From an uncultured Bacteroidota bacterium (GTDB taxonomy: Bacteria > Bacteroidota > Ignavibacteria > UBA10030 > UBA6906), in contig CAVOYH010000003.1 of the NCBI GenBank assembly GCA_963700635.1, positions 1,312,001 through 1,376,000 on the forward strand: 64,000 nucleotides of DNA, given 5' to 3'. Shown in pieces: positions 1 through 11,500 of the stretch; the stretch's first letter is position 1; each line of letters opens with the position of its first letter. Under the pieces are notes generated by a model that searched no databases, was not told where the DNA came from, and was given only the letters and a program-made list of their open reading frames with translations. A program made the position numbers and the translations under genes.

Positions 1-2
1 TC

Positions 3-1100
3 CGACGCTTGAAGGTGCACATTCCCCCGTATCCTGTCGGGACCCCTCCGGAAGTGGCCGGAATGATCCGCGATTTTACGCCCGTTGCACGCGTCTCGGT
101 CGGGATTCGCAATCTGAAAATATTCTCCTTCGGCCCACGCCCTTTCGATTTTCTCACCTGCCATGCGCCAATCCAGCCGCTGTTCGATCTCGGCATTGAA
201 GTTATGGAAAACAGCGAACTGGACATGTACGATCTGTTTCAGTCCAAGAAAGGTGATTCCAGAATCCCGGCTGTCGCGGCCGACATGGCAAAAGAGCTTG
301 GGAAAGGGAACACGTATCCGGACCTGCTTCACCCGATGGCTCAGTTTGAGCTCGCGCTGCTGGATTTTATGGAGAAGAATATCGGGGCATCGCAGTTTGC
401 AGTGTTTGCAAACAAATGCTGGCCCGCGTTTGAGAAGTACTTCGGATTCACTCCATGTTTTATCAACAGCCGTCTTGCGGCACACGGCATCCCTATCTCC
501 TGCGAATCAGACATGTACGGGGCGCTGAGCGAATACTGCGCATCCTGCGCCACGATGTTGCCGCCCGCCATCCTCGACATCAACAACACCGTGCCGTATG
601 ACATGATCGAGGAAGCGAAAGACCAGATAGGGACGTATGCCCCGCAGGATCTCTGGATGGGATTCCACTGCGGAAATACCTCCTCCTCCTGTATGGCAAC
701 ATCAATGATGAAGTATCAATTGATCATGCACCGTCTGATGGAACCCGGCAAGGAACCGAACATCACCCGGGGAACACTCGAAGGACGTATCCGGCCCGGT
801 GAAGTAACAATCTTCCGTCTTCAGTCCACATCCGATGCGGAACTCCGTGCGTATGTTGCCGAAGGTGAGATTCTGGATATCGACCCCAAATCGTTCGGAT
901 CGATCGCCGTCTTTGCTGTGAAGGAAATGGGGCGGTTCTACCGTCACGTGCTTCTCGAAAAACGATTCCCGCATCACACCGCTGTGGCATTCGCCCACGC
1001 AGGCAAACCACTCTTCGAGGCAATGAAGATGATGGGAATTCAGGATATCGGTTTTAATCTCCCCAAAGGGACACTCTATCCAACGGAGCATCCCTTTTGA
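3..1100 (+). CDS. L-fucose/L-arabinose isomerase family protein (5' partial)
   Basis: Frame is open from the window edge. Motifs PISCESDMYGA, WMGFHCGN, GTLEGRIRPGEVTIFRL and FPHHTAV are typical of the FucI/AraA-like isomerase C-terminal part. Confidence 0.8.
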   Translation, partial: RRLKVHIPPYPVGTPPEVAGMIRDFTPVARVSVGIRNLKIFSFGPRPFDFLTCHAPIQPLFDLGIEVMENSELDMYDLFQSKKGDSRIPAVAADMAKELGKGNTYPDLLHPMAQFELALLDFMEKNIGASQFAVFANKCWPAFEKYFGFTPCFINSRLAAHGIPISCESDMYGALSEYCASCATMLPPAILDINNTVPYDMIEEAKDQIGTYAPQDLWMGFHCGNTSSSCMATSMMKYQLIMHRLMEPGKEPNITRGTLEGRIRPGEVTIFRLQSTSDAELRAYVAEGEILDIDPKSFGSIAVFAVKEMGRFYRHVLLEKRFPHHTAVAFAHAGKPLFEAMKMMGIQDIGFNLPKGTLYPTEHPF

Positions 1101-2161
1101 TCGCGGCCAGACTCCATGGCGTGCGGGATGTGCGGATCGATGAGGTTGCCGCACCGCCCGTGCCGGGCGCGAAGGAAGTCCAGATCCGCGTTGAGGCGGT
1201 TGGACTGTGCGGTAGTGACATCCACACATACCGGGAAGGCCGCATCGGTACAACGGTCGTGGAATCTCCCTGGATCCCGGGACATGAATTTGCAGGTGTG
1301 GTGGTAAAGGCCGGTGCGGATGCACGTGACGGCTGCGGAGAGCCATTACAGGAAGGAACACGAGTCGGCGTGGACCCATCACAATCCTGCGGGGACTGTG
1401 AGCTCTGTCTGCAGGGGCACCCCAACCTGTGCCTCCATCTCCGATTCTGCGGTTTATATCCTGACGACGGGGCGCTCTGCGAATTGATCAATGTGCCGGC
1501 ATCAACGTGCTTCCCCCTGCCCGAAACGATTGACGCCACGACCGGAGCGATGCTCGAACCGCTGGGTGTTGCGATGCATGCAGTTCGCCTCGGTGCCCTT
1601 CGCGAGGGGCAGAGTGTTTCGGTGCACGGAGCGGGTCCAATAGGTTTACTAATCGTACAACTCGCACGACTGGCGGGGGCAGACCCGGTATTCGTTGTGG
1701 AGCGGCTTCCGTGGAGGATGGCCAGGGCCAGGGAGTTGGGCGCGATACCCCTGAATGAAGAGAATATCTTGCCGTCCGTTCAAATTCTCTCGCACACGCG
1801 TGGACTGGGAGTGGATCTGGCGTTTGAGGTCGGGTGGGCCGGCGAGCTTGTGCAGCAGGCCCTGGATTGTGCCCGGTTCGGCGGCCGTGTTGTTCTGGTC
1901 GGGATTCCCCGCGATGATACGATGACCATGCGGCATTCCACAGCCCGGCGCAAGGGCCTCACCATCATGTTCTCCCGGCGTATGAAGTTTACCTATCCCG
2001 GGGCTATAACGCACGTCCGGAAGGGAGAAATAGATGTTGGCTCACTGGTGACACACCGTTTTCCGTTGTCTGCCGCGGCCGATGCTTATGCGCTCAACGA
2101 GAAGTACGGAAGGGGCGTCATAAAAATCATGATTCTGCCCGATACACATCCTTCCGGTTGA
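1097..2161 (+). CDS. Zn-dependent sugar-alcohol dehydrogenase (MDR family, sorbitol/iditol DH-like)
   Basis: GLCGSD, GHE, structural Zn cluster CGDCELC-x7-C and GAGPIG Rossmann motif; TTG start overlaps the upstream TGA. Confidence 0.9.
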   Translation: MIAARLHGVRDVRIDEVAAPPVPGAKEVQIRVEAVGLCGSDIHTYREGRIGTTVVESPWIPGHEFAGVVVKAGADARDGCGEPLQEGTRVGVDPSQSCGDCELCLQGHPNLCLHLRFCGLYPDDGALCELINVPASTCFPLPETIDATTGAMLEPLGVAMHAVRLGALREGQSVSVHGAGPIGLLIVQLARLAGADPVFVVERLPWRMARARELGAIPLNEENILPSVQILSHTRGLGVDLAFEVGWAGELVQQALDCARFGGRVVLVGIPRDDTMTMRHSTARRKGLTIMFSRRMKFTYPGAITHVRKGEIDVGSLVTHRFPLSAAADAYALNEKYGRGVIKIMILPDTHPSG

Positions 2162-2167
2162 ACGTTC

Positions 2168-4417
2168 CTATACTCCCCACCGCAGGCCTGCATACACCAT
2201 CCGCCCCCCCAGGGGACCCCAGATCAGGGCGGCGTCAAAGAACGAACTTGTCGGATTCGCAACGTCCAGGATCGGATTATCCTGCCGGAAATCGAAGAGG
2301 TTCTCCCCTCCGATGTACAGATCAAGGCCGGCGAACAATGATCTGGTCACCTGAAGATTGAGTGTGGCAAATGAGGGGGACGAACTGCGGGCCCGCAGGC
2401 CTTCCGGGTTTGATTGTGTTGAAGGAATCCGTTTCGGACCAAACCACTGGACGGTAAGGTCATAGGTCATTTGGACTTCTTCCTCCGATTCCCGCTCAGT
2501 CGCATAGGAAACAGTAAGCAGTGCGCGATGTTGCGCATTAAGCGCACGTTGTAACCAGACGCCGCCCAGCCGCTGCCGGACATCCAGGTAACGGTATGCA
2601 ATCCGCGTTTCCAGGTGATCAAACGGCTCCATCGAGAGTTCCAGCTGAGCGCTGTTTGCGTAGGATCCGTTTGTTATCGAGACGAACCGGACTTCCCGCG
2701 GATATGTATCCAGGTCTGCAACAGTTTGTGTCTCAAACATTGTCCGGTACAGGCTCAAGCTGACCGTTGCCTCCCGGTAATCAACAAGGAAGTAGTGAGT
2801 AAGATTGGCGCCCACGTTCCATGCAACTTCCTGATCCAATCCGTATCCGAACCCGTTGGCCGTTTCGATGCTCATGAGGCGGGAGCTGGCAAAAACAGTT
2901 GCGTTCTCAGCGAAGATGTTTGCGGTACGATATCCCCGTCCCGCCACACCGCGAAGTACCCAGTCCTCTGACGGACTGTACCGGACATGGAGGCGGGGAG
3001 AGATCATCGTGCCGAATGCGTTATGGTAATCGGCCCGTATTCCCGTCACCACCGTCACCTGATCGACCGGAGCATACGTGTACTCAAAGAAGACGCCGGG
3101 AACACGTTCTGTGCGCGTGTACGGCGACCGTTCAAATCGTTCGTCAAACCGGTCAATCAGCATACTCGCCCCCGTTCTGAAGGTGTGTATGGTCGATTCA
3201 AAGATTGACTGGTACAGAAAATTCATATACGCTGTCTCACCGATGCCTTCATACGATCTCGGTCCGTAGAATGCCGAGTTTTGATATCGACCGAGCGACC
3301 ACTGGAAGCCATAACTTTGATACGGTCGGCCTTCAAACACATGGCCGAACTTTCCGTTGAGCCGGAGATATTGCGTTTTCGTGCCAAAAGGAAACGACGA
3401 CAGGGAATGTGAGCCTGGAGATTCGTGTGTCCCGCCCTCCCGGTTTTCCTTGACAAACTGCACCATGAACTGTCCCTCCCAGCCGTCCTGGTCAAAATAG
3501 CTCCAGCGTTGAATGGCATTGAGTGTCGTGAAGATCGGCATGTCCAGAAAACGGTCGGCATTTCTGTCGATCGTGTGCTGCTGTGAGCTCGCATGGAGAA
3601 GCGTCATGGAAGACCATTGTTCGCCGAGAGCCTGCCGGATGTTCACATTCCCTTCGAACCGCTGCTCCGCGTTGCCGTAGAGGTTGACGTAAAACCGTTT
3701 TTCCTCAGCGTCTTCGGGTTTGCGCAGATCAACATCGATCTGTCCGGTGATTGACTCAAAACCATTGGCAACCGAGCCTATTCCCTTGGAGACATTGATG
3801 GATTTTATCCATGAACCCGGTATAAACGTGAGCCCAACGTTGGCGGTGAGACCCCGAATATAGGGAAGATTCTCCAGTGTAGTCTGGGTATAGATGCCGG
3901 ATAAACCGAGCATTTCGATTTGTCGTGTCCCGGTGATGGCATCCGTGAACGAAACATCAACGGACGGATTGGTTTCGAAACTTTCGGAAAGATTGCAGCA
4001 GGCCGCTTTGGCGAGTTCCTTCTGGGTCACACGCTGAACGGACTCTGCACTCAGGTAGTCAATGACAATTCCCGATCGTTCTCCGACAACCTGGACCCCC
4101 TCCACTTCACGAGCGAGAAGGGTCAGGTATACTTTGATCGGTTGCGGGTGCCGCACCTCGAGGGTATCGGCTGAATACGCTGCATGGCGAATGACCAGGA
4201 AATGTGATCCGTCCGCGAACGGAAGGGAGAACGCCCCGGCCGCATCGGTACTTGTCCCGCGTGTTGTGCCCATCCAGTATACCGACGCACCAGCCACCGG
4301 GGCCTCGGTGGCGTCTGTCTCCCGTGCAAGAACCACCCCCCGGAGAACCTCCTGCGCAGGAGTCGAGTACGGCAGCATGAAGATCACCATCAATAACACG
4401 GATACTTTCATGACCAT
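2168..4417 (-). CDS. TonB-dependent receptor, heavy-metal associated type
   Basis: Signal peptide, CarboxypepD_reg-like N-domain, plug motif KAACCNLSESFETNPSVDV, C-terminal beta-strand YAGLRW. Confidence 0.9.
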   Translation of the reverse strand: MVMKVSVLLMVIFMLPYSTPAQEVLRGVVLARETDATEAPVAGASVYWMGTTRGTSTDAAGAFSLPFADGSHFLVIRHAAYSADTLEVRHPQPIKVYLTLLAREVEGVQVVGERSGIVIDYLSAESVQRVTQKELAKAACCNLSESFETNPSVDVSFTDAITGTRQIEMLGLSGIYTQTTLENLPYIRGLTANVGLTFIPGSWIKSINVSKGIGSVANGFESITGQIDVDLRKPEDAEEKRFYVNLYGNAEQRFEGNVNIRQALGEQWSSMTLLHASSQQHTIDRNADRFLDMPIFTTLNAIQRWSYFDQDGWEGQFMVQFVKENREGGTHESPGSHSLSSFPFGTKTQYLRLNGKFGHVFEGRPYQSYGFQWSLGRYQNSAFYGPRSYEGIGETAYMNFLYQSIFESTIHTFRTGASMLIDRFDERFERSPYTRTERVPGVFFEYTYAPVDQVTVVTGIRADYHNAFGTMISPRLHVRYSPSEDWVLRGVAGRGYRTANIFAENATVFASSRLMSIETANGFGYGLDQEVAWNVGANLTHYFLVDYREATVSLSLYRTMFETQTVADLDTYPREVRFVSITNGSYANSAQLELSMEPFDHLETRIAYRYLDVRQRLGGVWLQRALNAQHRALLTVSYATERESEEEVQMTYDLTVQWFGPKRIPSTQSNPEGLRARSSSPSFATLNLQVTRSLFAGLDLYIGGENLFDFRQDNPILDVANPTSSFFDAALIWGPLGGRMVYAGLRWGV

Positions 4418-4438
4418 CTCTCAGATATTGTGCCGGGG

Positions 4439-4783
4439 TTAGTGGGTATTCGGGTTATCACGGTAGAGGCAGCAACCCGGGAGTCTCGTATAGACACTAT
4501 CCGGCGCCGTGAACTTTTCCGTGTCGTGTCCGACGGCGGCAATACGTTGCTGGAGAGAATCGGCGGTCACGACCCCGGTCTCAAAAGCGGTCTTGAGGAT
4601 TTTTGTTGATTTATTCCATTTTGCGTACCGGACGCCCTTGATCGAAACGGACTTTTCGATGCGGGCCTTGCACATGGTACAGTTGCCAAAGACCTTGAAT
4701 TCTGTTTCCTGGACGGATGATTCCTGAGCGTCAACAACGCAAAGCCCGGCGAGGAAGACCAACGAGAGCAGTAATGATTTCAT
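4439..4783 (-). CDS. Secreted heavy-metal-associated (HMA) domain protein
   Basis: Signal peptide, GNCTMCKARIE (CxxC) and C-terminal LPGCCLY. Confidence 0.88.
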   Translation of the reverse strand: MKSLLLSLVFLAGLCVVDAQESSVQETEFKVFGNCTMCKARIEKSVSIKGVRYAKWNKSTKILKTAFETGVVTADSLQQRIAAVGHDTEKFTAPDSVYTRLPGCCLYRDNPNTH

Positions 4784-4874
4784 GGATTCTCCTGATACGT
4801 GGTGTCTGTCTGTATGGAACCAGTAATCCCGCTACGGCGGTTTGCCGTGCCGGGATTGAGGAGGCCATACCGGA

Positions 4875-5258
4875 TCAGATCAGGAGACTACGGTGGAGAA
4901 TTGTCAGCGGTGGGGATGAACCCGGGGACGATGGAAGCGCATGGATGGAGTGGGTCGGGCTTGAGGCAAATTGGGCCTGTGCGGTGAGGAGCGCCACACA
5001 GTGCAGATCGGTGAACTGAGTCAGAAACGTCTGGGCCGACACGGTGTGGTCATCCGTGATGGGAAGATGGGTCACGGTCGTCGTGCAGCATCCGGTGTCC
5101 GGCTCTTCTTCTCCGCAGCACCACTCGGGTTCGGCTCTCTCTGCACCACCCAGCTCGAGATTGATGGGTACTCCGGCGCAGAAGTGCGTCGAGACCGTCA
5201 TGCCGAGCGTGACCAGCAGGTACAAAGATACGAGCACTATATGAGGCAGCCCTTTCAT
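4875..5258 (-). CDS. HYC_CC_PP-like Cys-rich metal-associated protein
   Basis: Start reassigned to MKGLPH. Hydrophobic N-terminus, THFCAG, WCC, GCC and C-terminal SPPLTILHRSLLI. Confidence 0.75.
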   Translation of the reverse strand: MKGLPHIVLVSLYLLVTLGMTVSTHFCAGVPINLELGGAERAEPEWCCGEEEPDTGCCTTTVTHLPITDDHTVSAQTFLTQFTDLHCVALLTAQAQFASSPTHSIHALPSSPGSSPPLTILHRSLLI

Positions 5259-5530
5259 CCCTATAAGAAAAGAAATGCGTGGTTTAAGTGCAATACTGAG
5301 AATTGCCATAGGTCTCCCGGTAAAGATGCAAGATAGCCGGGCGGCTCCTGACATGCAAGGCACCCACAAGATGCCCAAACAGGCAATTCTCGCGTCATTT
5401 TTGTATATTACATAATTACAACAATTTTTCTGAATCACTAAGCCCGGAGGCAGGATTCTGTGTCTAAGCAGATGACCGGCCAGAGCCGGGTCCTTTCCTT
5501 TTCTTGACATTCTTTTGTGGGGTGTAACTC

Positions 5531-7036
5531 ATGAAGCGCTGGATGATGATTGCCTTGGTTGTGCTTGTCGGCATCGTTGCGGGGTATTTTCTTTTTTTTC
5601 GGAGTACGAAAACTACATACGAATACCGGTTTGATAAGGTTACGAAGGGTGATGTGACCATGTACGTCACGGCCACCGGCACCATCAACGCCGTTATAAG
5701 TGTCGAAGTCGGTACGCAGGTATCCGGCATTATTGCGAAACTGTACGCTGATTTTAATTCCATTGTGAAGGCAGGACAGGTGATCGCCCAGATCGATCCC
5801 ACGTTCCTCCAGCAATCGGTCAAAGATGCGTCTGCAAGTCTCGAACGGGCCCGGGCGCAGCACAACGACGCGAAGCGTGTTTTTGAACGGACAAAGACGC
5901 TCTTTGAGAAGAATCTGGAATCGCAGGTAAATTATGATGCTGCGTTGACCACCATGGAGTCCAACCAGGCAGTGCTCAAACAGGCCGAGGCGAGTCTGGA
6001 CAGGGCCAAAATCAATCTTGCCTATGCAACCATCTACACGCCGATCAATGGTGTGGTGATCGACCGGAAAGTTAACGTCGGGCAGACCGTCGCTGCCAGT
6101 TTTTCGTCACCAACATTATATACGATTGCCAACGATCTTCACAAGATGCAGGTGCAGGCGACGATAGACGAATCCGATATCGGGCGGATCAGTGTCGGAC
6201 AGGAAGCAACGTTCACTGTCGATGCGTATGCCGAAGATCGTTTTGTGGGAACAGTTTCCCAAATTCGGCTCGCACCGGTAACCATTCAGAATGTTGTAAA
6301 CTATACGGTGATAGTGGACTTTGACAACAAAGAACTGAAGCTGATGCCGGGGATGACGGCGAATGTGAAGATTCTTGTCGGTAATGCCGAGAATGTGCTT
6401 CGTGTTCCCAATATGGCCCTTCGGTTCCAGCCTCCTGCAGAACTCATTGACAGCTCAAAGGTGAAAGAACAGCGGCAGCCGGGGATGGGAATGGGGAGAG
6501 AGGGCGGCCGGTGGAGCGAAGGGCGAGGCGGAGGCGCACCCGGAGAAGAGGGAGGGATGGGGGATCGGCGTGCGATGATGGGCAGGATCCGTGATTCTAT
6601 TCAGGCTGCGCACGGTGGGAAGATGGCGGAGGAGGATTTGCGTGCGGAGGCGCGCAAGGTGATTGAAAAGCTGGGTCAGAGAGCAAGACCCTCCACGGTG
6701 GTTGTTGTCAAACCCAGCACCCGTGCCGGTCAGAACACTCGCTTTGGCATTGAAAACGTGTTCCCTGAGTATCAGAAAAGCGCGGCTTCGGGTGCACGTC
6801 AGCGTGATCGCCTTCGCGGACGCATCTGGGTTCTTAATGCCGCCCAGAAGCTGGAACCGGTGTACATCATGACGGGAATCTCGGATGGGCGGTACACGGA
6901 GATTATCGCCGACAGTTTACGCGATGGTGACCAGGTCGTCCTCGGGGCGAATACAACGGCACAGTCTGGCGGCCAGTCGGCAAACCCCCTGGCTCCGTCA
7001 GGACAGCGTTCGATGGGCGGTGGAGGGCCACGATGA
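5531..7036 (+). CDS. MacA-like efflux periplasmic adaptor subunit
   Basis: N-terminal TM helix, [28 protein letters not shown] and LMPGMTANV motifs. Confidence 0.92.
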   Translation: MKRWMMIALVVLVGIVAGYFLFFRSTKTTYEYRFDKVTKGDVTMYVTATGTINAVISVEVGTQVSGIIAKLYADFNSIVKAGQVIAQIDPTFLQQSVKDASASLERARAQHNDAKRVFERTKTLFEKNLESQVNYDAALTTMESNQAVLKQAEASLDRAKINLAYATIYTPINGVVIDRKVNVGQTVAASFSSPTLYTIANDLHKMQVQATIDESDIGRISVGQEATFTVDAYAEDRFVGTVSQIRLAPVTIQNVVNYTVIVDFDNKELKLMPGMTANVKILVGNAENVLRVPNMALRFQPPAELIDSSKVKEQRQPGMGMGREGGRWSEGRGGGAPGEEGGMGDRRAMMGRIRDSIQAAHGGKMAEEDLRAEARKVIEKLGQRARPSTVVVVKPSTRAGQNTRFGIENVFPEYQKSAASGARQRDRLRGRIWVLNAAQKLEPVYIMTGISDGRYTEIIADSLRDGDQVVLGANTTAQSGGQSANPLAPSGQRSMGGGGPR

Positions 7037-7836
7037 GCGCGCAACAGCACGCGGAACATCCTGAACAGGACAGGACGCTCATCCGCATCTCTCATATTTC
7101 GAAAAACTACCAACTCGGTGAAGTTGAAGTCCATGCACTCCGCGGCGTGTCGCTGGATGTGCGCCGCGGTGAATTTGTGGCCATCATGGGCGCCTCCGGT
7201 TCTGGAAAATCAACATTCATGAACATCCTTGGTTGTCTTGACACACCAACCAAAGGATCCTATACTCTCGAAGACATCGACGTCAGCAAGTTAACCCGGG
7301 ATGAACTTGCCCATATCCGGAACACAAAAATCGGTTTTGTGTTTCAAGGGTTCAACCTGTTGTCAAGAACATCCGCACTGGAAAACATCGAACTCCCGCT
7401 TCTGTATTGCGCGATGTCAAACGCCGAGCGACATGAGCGGGCAGTCTGGGCCCTGGAAAAAGTCGGGTTGGCAGACCGCATCCACCACTATCCCAATCAG
7501 CTTTCCGGCGGACAGCAGCAACGCGTGGCCATTGCACGCGCTCTGGTCAACAATCCCAGTATTGTCCTTGCGGATGAGCCTACCGGCAATCTTGACAGCC
7601 GGACAAGCGTCGAGGTGATGGGGATTTTCCAGGATCTGAATCGCCTTGGCATTACGATCATCATTGTGACGCATGAACCGGATATCGCGCAATTCACGCA
7701 ACGGCATATCACGTTCCGCGACGGGAAAATCCGCGCTGACAAGATCAACTCCAGACAGCGGGTGGCGACGGAGGTTCTCAAGGAAATGCCGGTGATTGTC
7801 GATGAAGACGAGGAACAAGAGGATAACAAGGGATGA
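7033..7836 (+). CDS. ABC transporter ATP-binding protein (MacB/LolD type)
   Basis: Walker [35 protein letters not shown]; ATGA overlap with upstream gene. Confidence 0.95.
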   Translation: MSAQQHAEHPEQDRTLIRISHISKNYQLGEVEVHALRGVSLDVRRGEFVAIMGASGSGKSTFMNILGCLDTPTKGSYTLEDIDVSKLTRDELAHIRNTKIGFVFQGFNLLSRTSALENIELPLLYCAMSNAERHERAVWALEKVGLADRIHHYPNQLSGGQQQRVAIARALVNNPSIVLADEPTGNLDSRTSVEVMGIFQDLNRLGITIIIVTHEPDIAQFTQRHITFRDGKIRADKINSRQRVATEVLKEMPVIVDEDEEQEDNKG

Positions 7837-9050
7837 AGACTCTTAATGTTATACGGTCGGCGTTCCGAGCTCTGCGGCGGAACAAAATGCGCTCGTTCCT
7901 GACCATGCTGGGAATTATCATCGGTGTGGCAGCCGTGATCGCCATGCTTGCGATTGGTCAGGGGGCGGAATATTCTGTGAAAGAGCAGATCTCCGCGCTC
8001 GGCACAAATGTGTTGATTGTGCTTCCGGGATCCCAACAACAGGGTGGAATCCGTGTCGGAGCGGGCTCAATGACCACCCTGACAGAAGATGATGCCTGGG
8101 CCATCGAAAAAGAATGTCCCGCCGTTGCATATGTCTCTCCCGGCGCACGTTCAGGCGGACAGATTGTCGCGGGGAACTTGAACTGGGGAACAAGTATTGA
8201 GGGCACGGGAGCCGACTATCTTGAAATCCGAAAGTGGTCGGTTGAATACGGTGATTTCTATTCTGAACAGGACGTGAAGGGGGCTGCGAAGGTGTGCGTG
8301 CTGGGTTGGACCGTGGCCACGAATCTGTTCCCCGAATCTTCACCGGTCGGCCAGTCTGTACGCATCCGGAACATGCCGGCAAGAGTGATCGGGGTTCTGA
8401 CCAAAAAAGGCCAGAATGCCATGGGGCAGGATCAGGATGATGTTGTGCTTGTTCCCTACACAACCGTCCTCCGGCGCCTGTCGCATTTTCCGTACCTGCG
8501 GCAGATTCTCATCTCGGCCACGAGCCCCACAAGCATTCGCGAGGCCGAGAGGCAGATCTCAGAACTTCTGCGCATGCGCCATAAAATCGCTTCGTACGAC
8601 CAGGACGATTTCACCATCCGGAATCAATCGGATCTGGCCGCAACAGCCACCGCGACGACGGAGATTCTCACCATTCTTCTCGCCAGCATCGCATCGGTCT
8701 CCCTTCTGGTCGGTGGCATCGGAATTATGAACATCATGCTTGTGTCCGTCACGGAACGCACACGGGAAATCGGGATACGTATGTCCGTGGGTGCCAGGGG
8801 CCGGGATATCCTCACCCAGTTCCTGATTGAGGCGCTCGTGCTGAGTCTTCTGGGAGGAATCATCGGCATTGTCCTCGGGGTAAGCGGGTCAATGGCCATC
8901 TCGGGATTTGCAAAGTGGCCGACAATTGTGACCGCATTCTCGATCATCCTGTCGTTCGGGTTTTCGATTGTGATAGGGCTCTTTTTTGGATTTTATCCGG
9001 CGCGTAAAGCAGCGCAACTAAATCCTATCGATGCACTTCGGTACGAGTAG
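7833..9050 (+). CDS. ABC transporter permease (MacB/FtsX type)
   Basis: [40 protein letters not shown] and [17 protein letters not shown]. Confidence 0.95.
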   Translation: MKTLNVIRSAFRALRRNKMRSFLTMLGIIIGVAAVIAMLAIGQGAEYSVKEQISALGTNVLIVLPGSQQQGGIRVGAGSMTTLTEDDAWAIEKECPAVAYVSPGARSGGQIVAGNLNWGTSIEGTGADYLEIRKWSVEYGDFYSEQDVKGAAKVCVLGWTVATNLFPESSPVGQSVRIRNMPARVIGVLTKKGQNAMGQDQDDVVLVPYTTVLRRLSHFPYLRQILISATSPTSIREAERQISELLRMRHKIASYDQDDFTIRNQSDLAATATATTEILTILLASIASVSLLVGGIGIMNIMLVSVTERTREIGIRMSVGARGRDILTQFLIEALVLSLLGGIIGIVLGVSGSMAISGFAKWPTIVTAFSIILSFGFSIVIGLFFGFYPARKAAQLNPIDALRYE

Positions 9051-9230
9051 CCTGCGCCGACCATGGGCAGGTTCTTTTCCAGCCACGCTCGAGTCCATCG
9101 AAGTATTCCGAGCGTCCCCGGCCGCGGGGACTGGTGCGCACGTGGTTGCGAATGATCCTCCGTCGCTGTATCTTGTCCTCCATCATGCACTTGTCACATC
9201 CCACGAAGCTCTAGAAAGGGAGGTACGTTT

Positions 9231-10019
9231 ATGAGCCACGCGCTATTGGGTCTTCTCGCACTTCTTGTCCTTTCCCCGGTTTCCAGTCTTGATGACTACC
9301 TTAAGGAGATGAAGACCACCAAGTCGGCTGTCCAGAACTTTGTTCAGAGCAGCATCGGCTATGGCTCATTGAACTATCCCTCCGCATGCAGTGTCATCCC
9401 GATGCAAAAAAGGCCGGCCCTGGTACAAGCGGTTGGAGAATTCGGACGGGCATTTGTGAAAACAGAAGTCTTCAAGAAGTGGTATGAAGATTTCCGGGAA
9501 GGTCGGAGGCCGGCAAAACCCGACCTGCTCCCGCTGAGCGCAGAAAGCAGAAAGATGCAGATCGCGGAGTTCAAAAAGAATATTGCGGAACAGGAAAAGG
9601 CACAGGCGGACGCACCGGCGGACCAGAAAGCCATCTACAAGGACGTGCTTACAGCTCTTCGTTCGATGCTGAAAGAGCTTGAGAATCAAAAGAAGAGCGC
9701 AGACGCCGAGATGGATGAGTATATCCGGCAGGCGAACGCCACTGCGTCGCAGGAGTATAAGGCAAAGCTGGAGACGTTCGAAAAAGAATATCCGGCGGGA
9801 AATCCCAAACCACTTCTCCAACGGCGCCTGCGGGAATTTCTCGAATCCACGGCGACTGTCGACTTTACAGCCAAGCTCGTGAAGAAAGGTGATACGTGGG
9901 AGTTCGCGAACCCTGCGTATGAGAAAAAAGACAGGAATTGGAAGATGGCCTTCCGGGCGGGGAAAGAGACTATCGAGACTGCCCGCACCTTTGCCAAAGA
10001 CTGGCTGAAGGAGCTCTGA
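9231..10019 (+). CDS. Hypothetical secreted helical protein
   Basis: GGAGG RBS, signal-peptide-like N-terminus, Lys/Glu-rich helical body; no family recognised. Confidence 0.7.
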   Translation: MSHALLGLLALLVLSPVSSLDDYLKEMKTTKSAVQNFVQSSIGYGSLNYPSACSVIPMQKRPALVQAVGEFGRAFVKTEVFKKWYEDFREGRRPAKPDLLPLSAESRKMQIAEFKKNIAEQEKAQADAPADQKAIYKDVLTALRSMLKELENQKKSADAEMDEYIRQANATASQEYKAKLETFEKEYPAGNPKPLLQRRLREFLESTATVDFTAKLVKKGDTWEFANPAYEKKDRNWKMAFRAGKETIETARTFAKDWLKEL

Positions 10020-10198
10020 TCGCCGGCCTTTTGATCGTTGCGGCGAAGATGTGAATCATTCCATGTGAATCACTACGTGGAAAAGGTGCTGCGACATCGG
10101 TGTCATAGAAATACGTCCGGCAGACAGAGCGCTCATCAGGTCAGAAGTTTTTGCGCTGCAGTTGGTGGCTGTCTGTCTGCCGGAGTCCTCGTTCGCAG

Positions 10199-11500
10199 CT
10201 ATTGTACCGCCTGTGCGCCACATCCTGCCACGGCTCCGAACAGGGCAAGGGTTTCTTTCATGGGATATCGGTTCATGAACATCGTAACCTTAGACGTGAT
10301 CTTTCCCTGCTTGTTCAGGCCCATAACCTCCCGCCACACGTTTGCCGGTGAATTCGGGTCATAGTCGACCTTTTCGCTGTACCGTGCACTGAGGAATCCT
10401 TCGAGATATGCCTTGTTCACAGAGATCCGTTTAGGAATTCCGCTGGTATTGCCTTTGGCGCTGGCAATTTCCAGGTCCCCGAACTGCTCGGCCATAAGGT
10501 TCAGTTTTGTGTTGCTGGCGGGGCTGTATTCCAGGTCGGCTTGTTTGTTCACGAAAAACGTGTTGTTGTCGATGCTTACCCATTCGTTCTTGTTAAACCG
10601 TGTGTGGTCGATGGCAGCGAGAACGCTGCCTCCGATGATGTTATGATGGATGTTGTAATTGCACTTGGTCATCACCCGTACACCGTATCCCATGTCTTTG
10701 AAATCTTTGAGTCGGCTCCAGGTAAAGAGGATGGTGTTGTGGGCTATCTCCACGTCGCCGCACAGGGAGAGTGAACCCGGCCCGCCGGTGCTTGCGCAGG
10801 TTCCAAAAATCTCGATAGCGGCCATGCGGTTTCCCACAAAGACATTATTGAGAACGCGGAACGTTCCCTTCCGGTGCCCTGCCTGCAGGCCGAAACTTGC
10901 GCCGTTGGCGAATACACAGTTGGTGATAGTCACATCGCCACCGGTACAGGCGCTGGCAAACTGGATGATCGGTTCTTCTGCGGTGCTGTTGCCGTTCGGT
11001 GGTTTTTCTGTTGACCGCAACAGGCGGCCGGTCGGGACGCCGGGGACCATGCCATCATTGGAGCTATAGGCGTTACGAAGGCCCATATCGAATACGATGC
11101 CGTCGATGATAGTCCCATTCACGTTTTTGGTGAACTTCAGGAATGCCTTTCTGCTCTTGCCGCCACTGGCATTATCGGGCTGAAACACGGTGGGTGTATT
11201 GACGATGTCCCGTTTGGAGAACCCTTCATCAAAACTGCCGAAGAGCTTGATCGGATTAGAGCTCTCGAGGTATCCAATGCCAAATGTGCCGCTATACACG
11301 CCTCCCGCGACACGGATTTCATCGCCGGCCTTGGCAAGCGCAATGGCCTTATCTATCTCCTGGACGGGACTCTCCCTGGTGCCGGGGTTACTGTTCTTTC
11401 CGTTTGTTTTTGAAACATGGATGACGCCGGCGAAGGTAAGACTGATGGCAAAGGCGCAAATCGTCATGGCAGAAACGAGGCGGCCGATGGAATGTCTCAT
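10199..11500 (-). CDS. Secreted right-handed beta-helix protein (DUF1565-like N-terminus)
   Basis: AGGAG RBS before MRHSIG; HVSKTNGKNSNPGTRESPVQEIDKAI...GDEIRVAGGVY; repeated NNVFVGN/HNTI/HHNII rungs. Confidence 0.78.
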   Translation of the reverse strand: MRHSIGRLVSAMTICAFAISLTFAGVIHVSKTNGKNSNPGTRESPVQEIDKAIALAKAGDEIRVAGGVYSGTFGIGYLESSNPIKLFGSFDEGFSKRDIVNTPTVFQPDNASGGKSRKAFLKFTKNVNGTIIDGIVFDMGLRNAYSSNDGMVPGVPTGRLLRSTEKPPNGNSTAEEPIIQFASACTGGDVTITNCVFANGASFGLQAGHRKGTFRVLNNVFVGNRMAAIEIFGTCASTGGPGSLSLCGDVEIAHNTILFTWSRLKDFKDMGYGVRVMTKCNYNIHHNIIGGSVLAAIDHTRFNKNEWVSIDNNTFFVNKQADLEYSPASNTKLNLMAEQFGDLEIASAKGNTSGIPKRISVNKAYLEGFLSARYSEKVDYDPNSPANVWREVMGLNKQGKITSKVTMFMNRYPMKETLALFGAVAGCGAQAVQ

